The notes: generated by a model not told the origin, from the sequence alone. A DNA stretch of 64,000 nt from Yuukianura sp. NJ FZ-2021 (GCA_046563655.1 JAJCTO010000010.1:558001-622000); one strand, 5' to 3'; shown: positions 23,677 through 35,835, counted from the stretch's first letter. Numbers and translations: made by a program.

Positions 23677-25926
23677 ACGATCTCGAGAAAACCCCAGAGT
23701 TGACTTTTTACGCAGTGAAACTGATTTGTTCACAGAACCAGGATACGATATCTCAATACAACATTCAACAAGTGTTGAGTACTTTCCCTTAAATAATATA
23801 AGTGATAAAACGGCGCCACTCACATTTTTTATTCAAGGAAATGACCTACAATACCTCGACTTTGCAGAATCCAAACTTTACATCCGCTGTAAACTTACAA
23901 AAGAAAATGGAACAGATTTGGAAAAAGTAACAGACGCTGCTGTGCTTACATACGCACCAATTAACAACTTTTTACATTCAATGTTTGACAAAGTTACGAT
24001 ACACCAAGGTGGGTAAACAAACAAAAGCTACAGAAGGTTATCCAGCACCTCGGGTTTTTCAATTTTGTGCAAAAATTTTCAAAAATGAAACCGGTTCATC
24101 TTGACTCCATTTCTATTGCAATTTTAGTCTTTTTTTTTCTTTTTTTTTTTTATTCAAAAATTTTTATAAAAAAAAAATCATACAATCCCATCAAATAATT
24201 TATTATGTACTTAACTAATGAGAGGAAACGGGTTTCCACTCAACAAAAACTGATTAGCTTTCCCTGTATTCCTGAATCTTCCCTTGCGGAGTCCTTGAAT
24301 TACACGCTTGTAGCGTATCCGTGATGCGCAAATCCTGCTCGAATGTGCTTGACGCAGGACTTTGACTTCAGCCTTGAGGTTTCTCCATTTGTCACGATAA
24401 GAGGAACACTTCTTCTTGTCACTGCGCGTCGTAGGTTGGGCTAAACCAAATTGGGATACACTATTAGGATCAATTGAAAATTAAAATTTACAAAATTCTT
24501 ACCCTCAAGTCGTCAAGCATTGGAAAGTGAGATGAGCAGATTCGGGAAGAGTCACTGAACTTTGTCGAACAAATACTCTCCCATTCAGGTCGAATTGCTT
24601 GTGCTTTCGGCACTCTGAAGAACTTAAGTTTTGTAAACCCAGACTGCACTTTGTATGTATTTTTACGACAATCTGGCATGGAGCAACACAGCACCATCGT
24701 TAAATCTACCTGATACTCGAATTCTTAATTCAAATCAAGTCGAGCAGTTGGAAAAAATTGGAAGAAAATGCGTAAACCGAATCGGAGGAAAATTGGAGGA
24801 AAGGCGTAAACAAAATTGGAGGAAAATTGGAGGAAAAAATTGTTTTCTTCCAAAAACTTGAAACAGGGAGGTACTGGACAACCTCTTGTAGCAAATACAA
24901 TCGGTTGCTATAGCAACCTTGCGATACACTTGAATGAAATGGAAATAACAAGCAAATGTAGCTACTATCCTCAGAGAGCCTACATTGAAAGCTTCTTGGG
25001 ATATAACAAAAATTATAAAAAATCGATAGGAGAAGCTGCAATGCTAACAAAGACGGAATCAGAATTGAACACAACTGATTTTTGAAGGATTTTTGAAACG
25101 CAAAGACTTGGTTGATGGTAGCAAAGTTTTTGAAGTTGCAGGAAAATTACATACAGAACTTTTTAGCCAACCACGATTTCTGATTCCTGGAATTGACGTG
25201 AGAATTCAACTACATAAATCAAGCGATGCATTTTGTTTACAATGCGTAGGCTCAGCCAAGCAAAACATAAAGTTTGCAATGTTGGAGGCCAAAATGATTG
25301 TCCGAAAACATCAATCATTACCATCCATTCAGCTTGCGCATTTAAAACATATGGAAAACGGTCATCCGGTAGTATATCCAAATCGATTTGTGGATATAAA
25401 GTCTTATACTCTTCCGAGTGGTACTTTGTTTAATACGAATGAAAACATTCTGACTGGTCAAATCCCAAATCGTCTGATTTTGGGGTTAGTATCGAGTACT
25501 TCATTGCATGGGACCTGCGAAACAAACCCTTTGGCATTTAGTCATTTTGACGTTAGTCAAATTAATGTAAAAGTCAATGGAGAAAATATCGCGGAACATG
25601 TTGTTGAGATGGATTCAGCAGAAAACAGGAATGTGTTAGCCTACTTGTCACTATTTGAAAATTTAGGCCTAACAAATTGTGATGCTGGAGTTGACATAAA
25701 GTTAGACGAGTACAAAAACGGCAAAGCTTTACATGTTTTTAATTTAAGAAATATAAAAGATACGTTTTGCCTTCCAAAATTTGGAAACGTAGCAATAACG
25801 ATAAGATTTAAGGCAGCGACAACTGAATCAATCACCGCAATTGTTTATGCAGAGTACGAGTCAACACTATACATTAATCGAGAAAAACAAATTTATCTTA
25901 AAGATTATGCAAAGGAATCAATATGA
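23669..25926 (+). pseudogene. Polinton major capsid protein (PY), interrupted by a P-element derivative and frameshifted at ~25082
   Basis: ETDLF, YLDFAESKL, APINNFLHSMF | YYPQRAYIE, FSQPRFLIPG, GQIPNRLILG, NPLAFSHF and YAEYE. The apparent start codon reads ACG at 23669. Confidence 0.9.
24005..24921 (-). mobile_element. Non-autonomous P-element/THAP-family DNA transposon (917 bp)
   Basis: Ends CAAGGT / ACCTTG. 8-bp TSD CGATACAC (23997-24004, 24922-24929). Subterminal inverted repeats at ~24028-24051 and ~24868-24892. THAP zinc finger ORF 24488-24697 (CCSMPDC...FFRVP...W...RICSSHF). Confidence 0.88.
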
Positions 25927-26449
25927 TGAATACGGTAGAATTGATGTATTGTTTAACAAGAATCATGCAACGGCAAAAAGGACAATACGATGTGTTACCA
26001 TGTGACAAATTAAAACATTACAAAATTCAGAGTTATCCGTTGTTATTAATTATCAATAGTGATGAGAGTCACCTGGAAGGAAAACACTGGGTAGGGGTAT
26101 ACGTCAAACGTTTTGGATCCGAAGTCGAATTCTTTTGTAGTTATGGAAGAAGCATATATCAATATTCACACTATTTTATCGATAATTTGCAATTCGTCTA
26201 AAGTCAAACATTCTGGAAAGCCAGCAGCGAGTACAAAGTGCATACACAACCACTTGCGGAAACCATGTGCTATTTTTCTTGCACAAAAGACTTGTGGGAT
26301 GTCCAAGAAATACATTTTATCGTGTATTTAGTAATGATTATGTTAAAAATGATAAAATAGTATTGAAGTTTGTAAATAAGATATTTAGAAAACAATTTAT
26401 TCCATCTCATAAAAACACTCAATGTTGTCAATGTGAAAATAGCAAATAA
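25923..26449 (+). pseudogene. Polinton adenain-like cysteine protease, frameshifted
   Basis: IINSD...GKHWV, EFFCSYG and a downstream TTCG segment. Overlaps the MCP stop. Confidence 0.85.
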
Positions 26450-26456
26450 AAATATT

Positions 26457-27026
26457 TTAAACTCGTAACCATTTAATTTTTTGTGATCTTGTTTTCATTT
26501 TGGATTTTGTTGGAGATGACTCTTCTCTTCTTCTCTTGCCGCTACTAACTACTCGATGTGTAGCTTCATCCTGATTTGGGGGTGATGAAACACGTGATGA
26601 ACCAATTTCAGAACCAAGTTCGTCTGCTCTAGGTTCAAGTGCTAATCGATCATCTCCAGATTCTTGATTGTCCAATAGAAAAAGGTTTGACTTTGGAGAA
26701 CGTTGTACATCTTTTGTAGCGTCATCTTTTTTAACAATCAACGTCTTCAAATAATTGATAATTGTCATCAAGTTTGGATCGTCTGATACTTTTCTATCAT
26801 CAACGTTTTTTACAAGAATAGGCGTCTTTTTGGTTAGATTATGTATATTTTGAAGTTCACGATTGGCTTGTTGGTATAATAAAACTTTGACGTCATCACT
26901 CAAATTTGAATTTAGGGCAGTTTTCTTATCGACTTCAACCTTTTCGTCCGTGGTTTGATTATATTTTGCGAGTTGTATTAATCTATTAAAAAAGCTCTCA
27001 GGAACTAATTTCATTTTTCTATCCAT
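26457..27026 (-). CDS. PW-adjacent Polinton protein (second copy)
   Basis: MKLVP, VKVLLYQQ, PILVKNV, C-terminal IKWL. Immediately follows the second PW gene. Confidence 0.6.
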   Translation of the reverse strand: MDRKMKLVPESFFNRLIQLAKYNQTTDEKVEVDKKTALNSNLSDDVKVLLYQQANRELQNIHNLTKKTPILVKNVDDRKVSDDPNLMTIINYLKTLIVKKDDATKDVQRSPKSNLFLLDNQESGDDRLALEPRADELGSEIGSSRVSSPPNQDEATHRVVSSGKRRREESSPTKSKMKTRSQKIKWLRV

Positions 27027-27355
27027 GTCAATTTTATTAGTTGTGATGCTATAAATGTAAGCACTGGTGGAATTAGAGCACCCAAGAATCCTCCCTTTTG
27101 AATAATCAATTTTTTGCTTAGCTTATCAGATGGATTAGAAAAGGCTAGACGAGTTAGTACGGATTTGTAACGTTTCAATTTGCCAAATACTTTTTTACGG
27201 ATTGGAATATTTTTTCTTGCCACATTTAGAATTGACTCTCTAATAGACTTAATCTGTTCGGAATTGGCTTTACGAATGAGTGCTTTTCGCTTATGCACTC
27301 CAGCTTTAAGAAGTTTTTTTAAAAAAGATTTTTGGCGAACAACTCGGTTGACCAT
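27011..27355 (-). CDS. Polinton PW protein (second copy)
   Basis: RKALIRKANSEQIKSIRESILNV...IQKGGFLGALIPP, homologous to 20855-21184. Confidence 0.8.
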   Translation of the reverse strand: MVNRVVRQKSFLKKLLKAGVHKRKALIRKANSEQIKSIRESILNVARKNIPIRKKVFGKLKRYKSVLTRLAFSNPSDKLSKKLIIQKGGFLGALIPPVLTFIASQLIKLTWIEK

Positions 27356-27445
27356 TCTGATGAAGGTGCAAAAGCAAAATGCAAAGAATACACAATGTAT
27401 TAAACATAAATACATTTGTTGATAATACGTTAGTAGGTATTTGGT

Positions 27446-28579
27446 ATGGAGCAGGAAATTTTGAATTCCTATACTGATACAAAAAATGTTGGATCATTTA
27501 CTGGTGCTGATAATTTTTACAAAACAAATAAATTTGCTGGAAAAAAAAAGATTGCAAACATACTGCTAGGAGCGAAAGGCTATAGGCTCCACCATCCTGC
27601 AAAAAAATTTGTGCGTAAAATTGTTTATTGTCCAGCATTGTACGACCAAGTAGGAGTAGATTTAATTGATATACAAAAATACAAAAAGTCAAACTATGGA
27701 AAACGTTAGATTTTAGTGGTGGTGGACTGCTTTAGTAAAATGGCATTTATGGAAGCATTAAAAGATAAAAAATGTGAAACAGTACGTTTGGCAATGGAAA
27801 ACATACTTGATCGTAACAAAATAAAATTTTCATACTGTCAAAGTGATGGTGGGAGTGAATTTGTAGGAAAAGTTATGAAAAAATGGTACCTAGATAATAA
27901 TATTACACATTTTGTAACTTCCAGTCCTATTAAAGTTAGCTATGTTGAGCGATTCATTCGTACCATATTTTCTCAAATATCACGCTATATGACGCAGAAT
28001 AACACAAAACGTTTTGTACACAAACTAAGAGATTTTGAGCATTCATACCAAAATTCTTATCATCGTTCCATTGGTACAACACCGGCTTCAGTGACCAAAA
28101 ATAATGAGTGTGAAATTTGGGAAAAATTGTATGGAAAAGTACGGAAAATTAAAAAATCAAAAATCTTCAAAGTAGGAAACAAAGTAAATATTAAAATTAC
28201 AAAAAAAAATTTAGCAAAGGTTATTCTCCCAATTTTGAAGATAAGGTATATAATACAGTGAGCGCCACCTAAAACCATATACCCCTATTTTGTTTCCGTA
28301 GAAACAAGTTGAAAATTTGGTAAACATGGGGGGAAAGGTAACTCAAAATGTGAATTTTTAGTTAACTCTTATGATGGAATTTTTTGCAACTCGCACAGTT
28401 TCAATGGTTTTCCCTCCACCGTTGCGAAATTAAACAATTTGGGGTGCATGGTTTTAGCTGGCGCTCACTGTATAACCAGAGTCATACAAACAAGTCCTGT
28501 GACGTATGAAGTTTCAGATGAAAAGAATAGTATATTAAGTAGAAAATTTTATCAACAAGAGTTAGTTTTAATTGAATAA
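27446..28579 (+). pseudogene. Polinton integrase B, with an in-frame TAG at 27707, a frameshift and a MITE insertion
   Basis: GSFTG, VDLIDI, VVDCFSK, QSDGGSEF, VERFIRTI, NSYHRSIG and FYQQEL. Confidence 0.9.
28256..28470. mobile_element. Tc1/mariner-type MITE (215 bp)
   Basis: TIRs CAGTGAGCGCCACCTAAAACCAT / ATGGTTTTAGCTGGCGCTCACTG, flanked by TA on both sides. Confidence 0.9.
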
Positions 28580-28832
28580 CACTGGTAATGTGTGCTTTGA
28601 AAGACTGGTTCATGTCACTATTTTCCTGTAGAAATTCGATAAAATGTAATCAAATACAAATCTCTTGCACGGATGGGTCAATTAAGATAAACATTGGATC
28701 CAAGAACCTTGTTTTGGAAAAGCAGCAATTAATCCAATGTATTGAACAACTTCAGAAGCTAGTATAAAAACTCGAATTGTGCAAGATTTTCATTTGTATT
28801 CACTTGCATTTCTAGCCGAGTAAACATCTACA

Positions 28833-29111
28833 ATGGTGAAAATCAGGAGCGACAACTTGAATCCTCTATTTATTTATTTGAAGAATCAATTTGGAAACTT
28901 AACTGTAAATTTAAAGAGAAAACACTACTTGTTAAAAATTTATCCAAACGAATTTGAAGGAACAATCAAAACATTAATTCATTATCACATTGCTACTGGA
29001 GGTTCATCTGAATTCTTTGACGATTTGGATCAAATAATATCAAAAGCAAAGGAGAAACATGAGGAATTTGAATCTCGCCGAATTTGGAATGAAGATTGTG
29101 ATATTGAATAA
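28833..29111 (+). CDS. Hypothetical protein, probable Polinton accessory gene
   Basis: ATG-initiated 92-aa ORF with an upstream TATAAAA (~28764) and a downstream AATAAA. No motif. Confidence 0.35.
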   Translation: MVKIRSDNLNPLFIYLKNQFGNLTVNLKRKHYLLKIYPNEFEGTIKTLIHYHIATGGSSEFFDDLDQIISKAKEKHEEFESRRIWNEDCDIE

Positions 29112-29162
29112 TTCAAAATAAAAACTGAGCCAATAAATAACAATAATTTTATTTACATTTTC

Positions 29163-29573
29163 TTAAACATTTAGTTTACAATTTGGTTGACACTTTTCAA
29201 ACTTTTCTGTTAGACGTCCATGCACGACAAGTCTTTTCAAATAGTAGACAACTTCATCCAAATCCTCCACTGAAAGTCCAGCATCTTTCCATTGTGTAGC
29301 AATTTCCTTAATCAAAGTTTTCCCATTGTCCTTCACGTTAAAATTGAGATAGGAGCTTTCTCCATTGGAAGTTTCACAAACCAAATGAGCAATCAGAGTA
29401 GAATTAATTGACGATTTTGTAAAACCAATCTTGAGACGCTTTCGTAACGTTTCATCAGAAAAATCCAAAGTCTTCCCATCTCTAATTTCTTGGATTTGTA
29501 GTGGTAAAAGGTCAGTCAATAAAGGCTGAACAATATTGAACAGATTCTTAATATGTATGTTTGACTCCATCAT
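29163..29573 (-). CDS. Hypothetical protein, probable Polinton accessory gene
   Basis: 136-aa ORF with protein-like composition, convergent with 28833-29111. Confidence 0.35.
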   Translation of the reverse strand: MMESNIHIKNLFNIVQPLLTDLLPLQIQEIRDGKTLDFSDETLRKRLKIGFTKSSINSTLIAHLVCETSNGESSYLNFNVKDNGKTLIKEIATQWKDAGLSVEDLDEVVYYLKRLVVHGRLTEKFEKCQPNCKLNV

Positions 29574-30192
29574 GAAAGTAAATGAAAAAGAATCAACTTG
29601 CTACTCGTTGCGGGGAAGGAAGGCGTCGTGTGACAAGGGACCATTGGCTTTGTCTGGAGATCAAAGTGCTACAAACATGTATCCTGGTGTAAATTGGATC
29701 CCCACGAATAACGTACCATATACAAAGGCATGTCCCCACGGTGGTCACTGCGATAAAAGCGTAGTGGCAAAATTCTCAATTATTCGCGCCTATGCATGCG
29801 GAGTTTTGCCTGGCTTCGACCCTGATACAGTGAGTGCATTGGGTCCTCTGGAGACAATTCAAGAAACTGCAAGTACTAGCTATCTGAACCGAGTCACAGA
29901 TGCTGGCATTGGATTGAGAACAGCAGTAATAAACTTGTTGAATGAGACGGATACTCCAGAATCACCAAAGTGGCATCCCTCAAGTCTTGTAATTGCTGAT
30001 CCTAATTTGGAACCCTTCGCCTTTCGCACATTGGTTTGGACACAGCAAAGCACTTGGAATGGTACTGAAAGTACAATGGTACACATGAAAAGAAAGCCAA
30101 GAGTTTCAACAAGGCCAGACACGAAGGAAATGTACCTCAACTTTAGTTTACACGAAAGTCTTGGTGTAATTTCAGAATTGTATTCTCATTAA
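29572..30192 (+). CDS. Hypothetical protein
   Basis: About 200-aa ORF with no recognised motif. Confidence 0.3.
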   Translation: MKVNEKESTCYSLRGRKASCDKGPLALSGDQSATNMYPGVNWIPTNNVPYTKACPHGGHCDKSVVAKFSIIRAYACGVLPGFDPDTVSALGPLETIQETASTSYLNRVTDAGIGLRTAVINLLNETDTPESPKWHPSSLVIADPNLEPFAFRTLVWTQQSTWNGTESTMVHMKRKPRVSTRPDTKEMYLNFSLHESLGVISELYSH

Positions 30193-30376
30193 TCGACATT
30201 GTATTCTCGGAGGTTTAGACGATGAATTGAAACCAGTTTTTGGTATCCTCAAGGAAAAGTTTCAACGGAGGTAAGTTTTTTTACAACTTTTTTTCTGAAT
30301 GTTTCAAATTTTTTTTTTGAATTTTGCAGATCCGGGGGAGGGAGGGGGAGACGCCGTGCCGCTGCCGCCGCCGCCA

Positions 30377-30484
30377 TATGAAGCCTATGGCTTCATAACA
30401 TATGCGAATAACGCATAGGATATGCCCTTTGGGCATAAAATATGCCCCTATGGGGCATAAGGAGCCTTATGCGAATAACGCATA
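30377..30484. repeat. Cluster of five TATG...CATA palindromes
   Basis: Hairpins start at 30377, 30401, 30421, 30441 and 30468. Confidence 0.8.
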
Positions 30485-30776
30485 AAAATTGAATAAAATG
30501 AGAGTCATGGGTGGAAATGTAGTGTAGTTTTGTTTTTGACTATGGAGTGTCCAGACTTTGATTTTCGTCTTTTAACACCATTTTGTATGACAATTTCTGG
30601 TCCATCTCAATATGAAAAGTCTACAATTTATATCTACATCGTCAATACAAGCCGTAGATGACGATGGCGAGGACAATGAGGAAAGTGAAGGCTCAGAGAG
30701 CTATTCGGAGGCTGACGAAGATGACAACGAGATGCAATCGGACTCGTCGGCCTGAAAATATAAGATGTGCACTTTG

Positions 30777-30823
30777 AAACAAGGTAGGGCGATGCTCAAG
30801 GGTTGAGCGTTGGTCTTCTGGAG
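30777..30823 (-). mobile_element. Second copy of the Helentron 3' terminal hairpin motif
   Basis: AAACAAGGTAGGGCGATGCTCAAGGGTTGAGC..GGTCTTCTGGAG is nearly identical to 12980-13026. Confidence 0.75.
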
Positions 30824-31065
30824 GTAGTTGGCAATTCATACGGCTTTTAACCGGCTGTCCGCAAACCCGTTCAAGAAAAACGTTAAGAAAAAGCAGTCAG
30901 GTGTTTAAATTTTGTAGGATTATGCCGTATTTATACATTTCCATGGCGCTCTTCTTTCTGTTATTTTTTATGCCTTCTTTTCCAAATTAGGAAAAGAATC
31001 ACACCTTTCTTATACAAAACAAACAACGAAAGGAATTGCAATTACAAATGCCGTTCCTTTTTTCC

Positions 31066-31340
31066 TAAACCCACGTTGCACGCATGGTTTAAACCTAAGT
31101 TGCACGCACGGTTTAAACCCAAGTTGCACGCAGGGTTTAAACCCAAGTTTTATGCAGGGTTAAAACCCAAGTTTTATGCAGGGTTAAAACCCAAGTTATG
31201 CAGTGTCTACGTGGGTTTTAGACCCTGCGTGCATTTTTAAAATTGCAAGCAGGGTTTAAACCCAAGTTTCACGCAGGGTTTAAACCCACGTGGGTAGTAG
31301 GGATTAACACCCCACGTCGCATGTTGGGTTTAAAACCCAC
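31066..31340. repeat. ~22-bp tandem array with a palindromic GGGTTTAAACCC core
   Basis: Units such as AAGTTGCACGCAGGGTTTAAACCC recur with variants. Confidence 0.8.
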
Positions 31341-32433
31341 CATGGCAAAACAGGGACCGCGGGCGCGCGTGTCCCTGCAAACATGAGGTTTTTTAAAAAA
31401 AATTCTCATATATGGTTTCCCAAATTTGTTTTTTGACAATTTTTTTCCATCTTATTGAATCCTCGTTTGTAGTAATAACGTTTCCCCGTTTTTGTAATCT
31501 ATCCTTGATTGATGAAGATTTGAGTGGATATGAGTCTATAGCTTTGTCATATTGTTTTAGAGATAAGGTTGGTGGTGTACCAAATGTATTACATTTGCCA
31601 TGCTCCTCTTCCTCCTCATCCCTAACAATTTCAGAATCTCTTTCAAAAAGTGATGGAAGGGGTGTTGTTTTGTTCCCTAGTTCTAGTAATTTTAAAATTC
31701 TTCCTTGTACTACCAGCTTGTTTTTTGTTGGTACTTTTTTTTTTCAAGAATTCTATGGACAGTTTGTTGTTGTGTTTGAAGTTCTTCAAATTTACGCAAA
31801 TGTTTATTAACTTCATTTGATCCTGATGGTACATTGAAAAGTAAATTTCGTTTTTTTTTTTTTGCCCTACGACATGCATGATATTTCAAGAAGGGATCTG
31901 CTGATTATCAATTAAAATATCCCAATTAAATCATTTACAAAATATACAAATCATTTACAAATCAAAATCATTACAAAAACAAAGCATAACACAAAGAAAA
32001 AAAACACTTCCATTTTTTAATATTGCACAACACGCGATACGGAGCTTATATTTTACGAAAATGATTTCAGAGAAACAATAGTTTGAAACATTAGGCAGCA
32101 TACAATTTTTTTCCTGGCAGCCCACACGTCCCTCAAACAGCATGCTGGAGTATCTACATCTATGTTCAAGTCACATCCCACTGCATGATATCATGTCAGC
32201 TTCCTCAACACGGATGGAATGTTGCGAAGTTCAAAGTAGACACTCTTTTCATACAGCCATGTATAGGATCGACACAAATTGATGTAGTCCCGATGAAGCA
32301 GCTTCAACTTCTTGTGGTTAGGTCTCGTAGTTAGCTTCACATAGTTTAAAACCTCAGCGTCCAACCCTTGATCCGTAACTGTGTAATATAGAAAATCCAC
32401 AACATGGCATTCTGTAATTAACAATAGTATACT

Positions 32434-32811
32434 CAGTGTTGGTGGATATCCACTTTTTCGACATTTCATCCACGGCTGGAAATCCAGTGGAAGAAATGGA
32501 CGAAATAGATGAATCCAAAGGGGCGGAGCTTTGCCCTCTGAATTTGAATTAATTGACTACAAACAACTAAAAAAAGTGAAAACACAGTTCAAAAACTACG
32601 TATATATCGTTTTTAAATACGTTTTAAATAATATATTAACTATAATCGCGAAAGTAAAGCTTTCTGATATCATTTCGTAAATTTAAATGTGAATTTGATT
32701 TGAATTTCGCGCAAAATTTGTGATTTCTTCCATCCACTTTTAGTTTCGTCCATTTGGGGTGCGTTTCTTCCAGTGGATATCCACTGGACGTTTAAGCGTC
32801 CACCAACACTG
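32434..32811. mobile_element. hAT-type MITE (378 bp)
   Basis: TIRs CAGTGTTGGTGGA / TCCACCAACACTG. 8-bp TSD AGTATACT (32426-32433, 32812-32819). Confidence 0.88.
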
Positions 32812-34480
32812 AGTATACTACACACTCACATTACCTCGGTTTGAGATTCTTCAAAATATTAGCAAGCTTGTTCGCCAAGTGAATATCAATGGAAAATGAG
32901 ATACCAATTCAACAACTCCTGATTATACCAATCGGAACATCACAACAATGTCTTCTTTTCAAAAAAAAAATGACACGAAATTTTAAGGATTTAAATTTAG
33001 AACAGCTTTGAGTCAAGGCATTGCTTTTCTCTACGTACGCACAAAATCAGGGAATAGCCAGCTTGAGTTTATTCATTTTCAACTATTTAAATTTGTATTG
33101 TGTTACAAAAAACTCACTAGCATGTGACAAATTGTCTCGCCAGGATTTCTCCATGAACGGGTTATCAAACATCATCGAAGCGAACCATGACGGAATCGGC
33201 AGATCGATATTTCGACGAATTTGGATACAAGTAGAATCGGTGTGAACTAGGGATGGCACGAATTGGTCGCAGTTCCCACCAGCGCGCAAAATAGTTTCGT
33301 TGATAAGTTGTGAAGTACACAATCCCTTCGTAGAGACTGAATGCGTCCGTATTGCGCAACTCGGCGTCGACGTAGTCAGCGATGGCGCCGCACCGAAATC
33401 TTCCGAGCAGAGTAAAGAATCGTTCAACAAACATGCCTCTGCAAATTCCGGAGAATTCTCGCCCTCTTGATACGAAGATTGAGTGTCACAAAATGCTGGA
33501 GTTACAGAACTCCTGAACGTCGAGGTGCCAGTGGTAGAAAACTGCGTCGAGGGTACATTGTTTGAATTCATTTAAATTAGCTTGGCTGACTGAGCCTGGT
33601 CGATCAATGGCAAAAAGAGCACGGGCGTAACAGTCGAGTCCACGTGGGCCTCCGGGGCTTAAGGCTTCCTCTCGTAGGTACACGAGAAGGTCTGCTACTT
33701 CAGTTTCGGCCAAGAGCGGTTGATGCCTACTCATACCAACTGGACTGAACTGTGACGGTTAGGCTAGGACTTACACCTTATTATTATTATCCCAGGTCCG
33801 TGCGCCTAATTCACTAAGCTACAACTGGTAGGTAACGACTTTTATAGCCACCCCACTGTACGTAACCACGGTATTTATTCATTATTTATTATTCATCATT
33901 ATTCGGTTAGGTTCCTCAAACAAACGTTCGTTGTACCTCCATATTGTTCATAAATCCTTCCATTTCGCTCCGAATGATAACTTCCCTCCCAGATTCGCAG
34001 GTTATATGCATATTATATTATGCATATTATATGCATATTATATTACGAATTTAATTCGTAATATAAACGATTAGTCACAACGGATCTGGGCTCCTACTCA
34101 CCGTTTGCATTCAGTTCTTGAGGGCGCTTGTGTACATCATACAACATCATTCACATTTCAAGCCTTCCATGATTCAAAAAACTTTCAATTAAAAAAGCTT
34201 TCAATTCAAAAAGAAATTTCCTTAGATACTGTTAAAATGAACAAAGCGAAAACAATCCTGGAAACCGAACTTGAGTTTTCAGAGCTATCCTGACAAACCT
34301 GCTGCTCATGGCACTACACACTCGTAATATGTTCTTAATCTTCCCCGCAATTCCGTCGTAATATCTTCCTACTCTCCTCCTCCACATTGTTCCCACTCAT
34401 GACTCGTTCTTAACCCCCTACTCTCATCCAACGGTTGTCGGGACTTGGTGGGTGGTGGAGGTAGGTGGTGGGTGGTCGTC

Positions 34481-35584
34481 AGCTAATGGCAGTGGTAAGG
34501 AAATTCCCAAAAATCCAAGATGGCCGCCGCGTCTGCGCAAAAACGTTTTTTATGACGTCATCACCCCCCCCCCCCCTTCCGCACCCCCCATACCCCCCCC
34601 ACTATATATCCCTTCCCCCTATATCCACCACCCCCCACGTGACCCCCAACTCACGTGCCCCGCCTCCCCCAAACCACAAAATTGAAATTTTAAAAAAAAA
34701 GAATCAATTTTTAAAAAAAAAATCAATTTTGAAAAAAATCATTTTTTGAAAAAAAATTTTTTCCTGAAATTTAGAAATTGGAAAATGTTTTGAAACTTGG
34801 AAATTGAAATCAAAACTCAAGATAAATTTCCCCAAATTACCCCAACTTGAAATGTCAAGGTCACGCCAATTTTTTCAAGGTCACGCCAAATTTTTCAAGG
34901 TCACGCGCGCCCTTTGCATTGGCATATGAATTTGCGTCAGGTCATGCGCGCCCATTTGCAATTTCATGTAACTTGTTTACAACATTTCAATTTTTTTTTC
35001 AAGGTCAAGCGAGCATTTTTAAATTGAAATGTCCCGGGAGCCCTTTTCTGGGATCCCGGGACCAAGAAGATCAAGTATGGTACATGGGCGGTACATTCGG
35101 CTGGTCAGAGGATTAGTGGGGTGCCACTCGGCCACTGCCAAAACAAACCGCAAACCACTTCCGGCTAGCCTGCCAAAAGAAACCGCAAACCACTTCCGGT
35201 CAACTTGCCCGTGCACATGCACGTACAATTCCATTTGAATTTTCACTTTGCAAAACAACATCAAGGTCAAAGGTCAAACCGAGTTCAGCTAGCTCGGGGG
35301 CGTGACTAGTCGCCCGTCTCTTGAGCCAATCAGCTTTGAGCATTTCAAAAGTGGGCGTGGCTCGAGGAAATGGAGCAATTTGATTGGTCGAGACTTGCCG
35401 CAACACTGGGGGCGCGATAGCTCTGGCAAATGAACGTTTACCATTTCAATCGGGGGCGTGGCCTCGGAAAATGGAGACATTTGATTGGTCGACAAAACTT
35501 GCCATTGCCACACATTGGGCCCGCCCTCAAGCCATAGTGTTGTCATTTCCTGCTTAAACTCAGACAAGTCGCCCGGGCGGACTG
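34481..35584 (+). repeat. Left TIR of mini-Polinton 2
   Basis: Near-identical reverse complement of 39477-40533. Mirror ORFs 35289-35567 and 39494-39772 give identical translations. Confidence 0.93.
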
Positions 35585-35688
35585 TTTATACACAAAATGG
35601 TCATGCTTATTTGTCGGTGGTTACATTGCGACTGTCCCGTCTTCACCCCTTGCCACGCGACCCCTGCATTTTTTGCAGTTTTTTACGG

Positions 35689-35743
35689 TGACGTCATCGG
35701 CTGTGCCTATATAAGGCCGTGACGTTGCCACAAGCGGCTCAGT
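35689..35743 (+). promoter_or_regulatory. Core promoter of the mini-Polinton 2 minor capsid gene
   Basis: CRE TGACGTCA at ~35689, TATATAAG at ~35708 and TCAGT initiator at ~35739. Confidence 0.6.
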
Positions 35744-35835
35744 GTTTCACTAGCTTCTGCGTCGGTAACATTACCTTCTCCTACAAAAGTTTAAGTGAAA
35801 GTGTTAATTTGTTATTGTTCAACTCGCCGTCAGCA

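Noticed and set aside
31066..31340. CRISPR-like array of palindromic repeats
   Set aside because: Linkers are ~10 bp and nearly identical rather than unique spacers, there are no cas genes, and the context is eukaryotic.
31412..33734. Several short ORFs as real genes
   Set aside because: They are fragmented, one is interrupted by a MITE, and none has a recognisable motif, so no call can be supported.
35019..35567. ORFs duplicated identically at 39494-40042
   Set aside because: They are mirror images produced by the TIRs and have no protein-like motifs.
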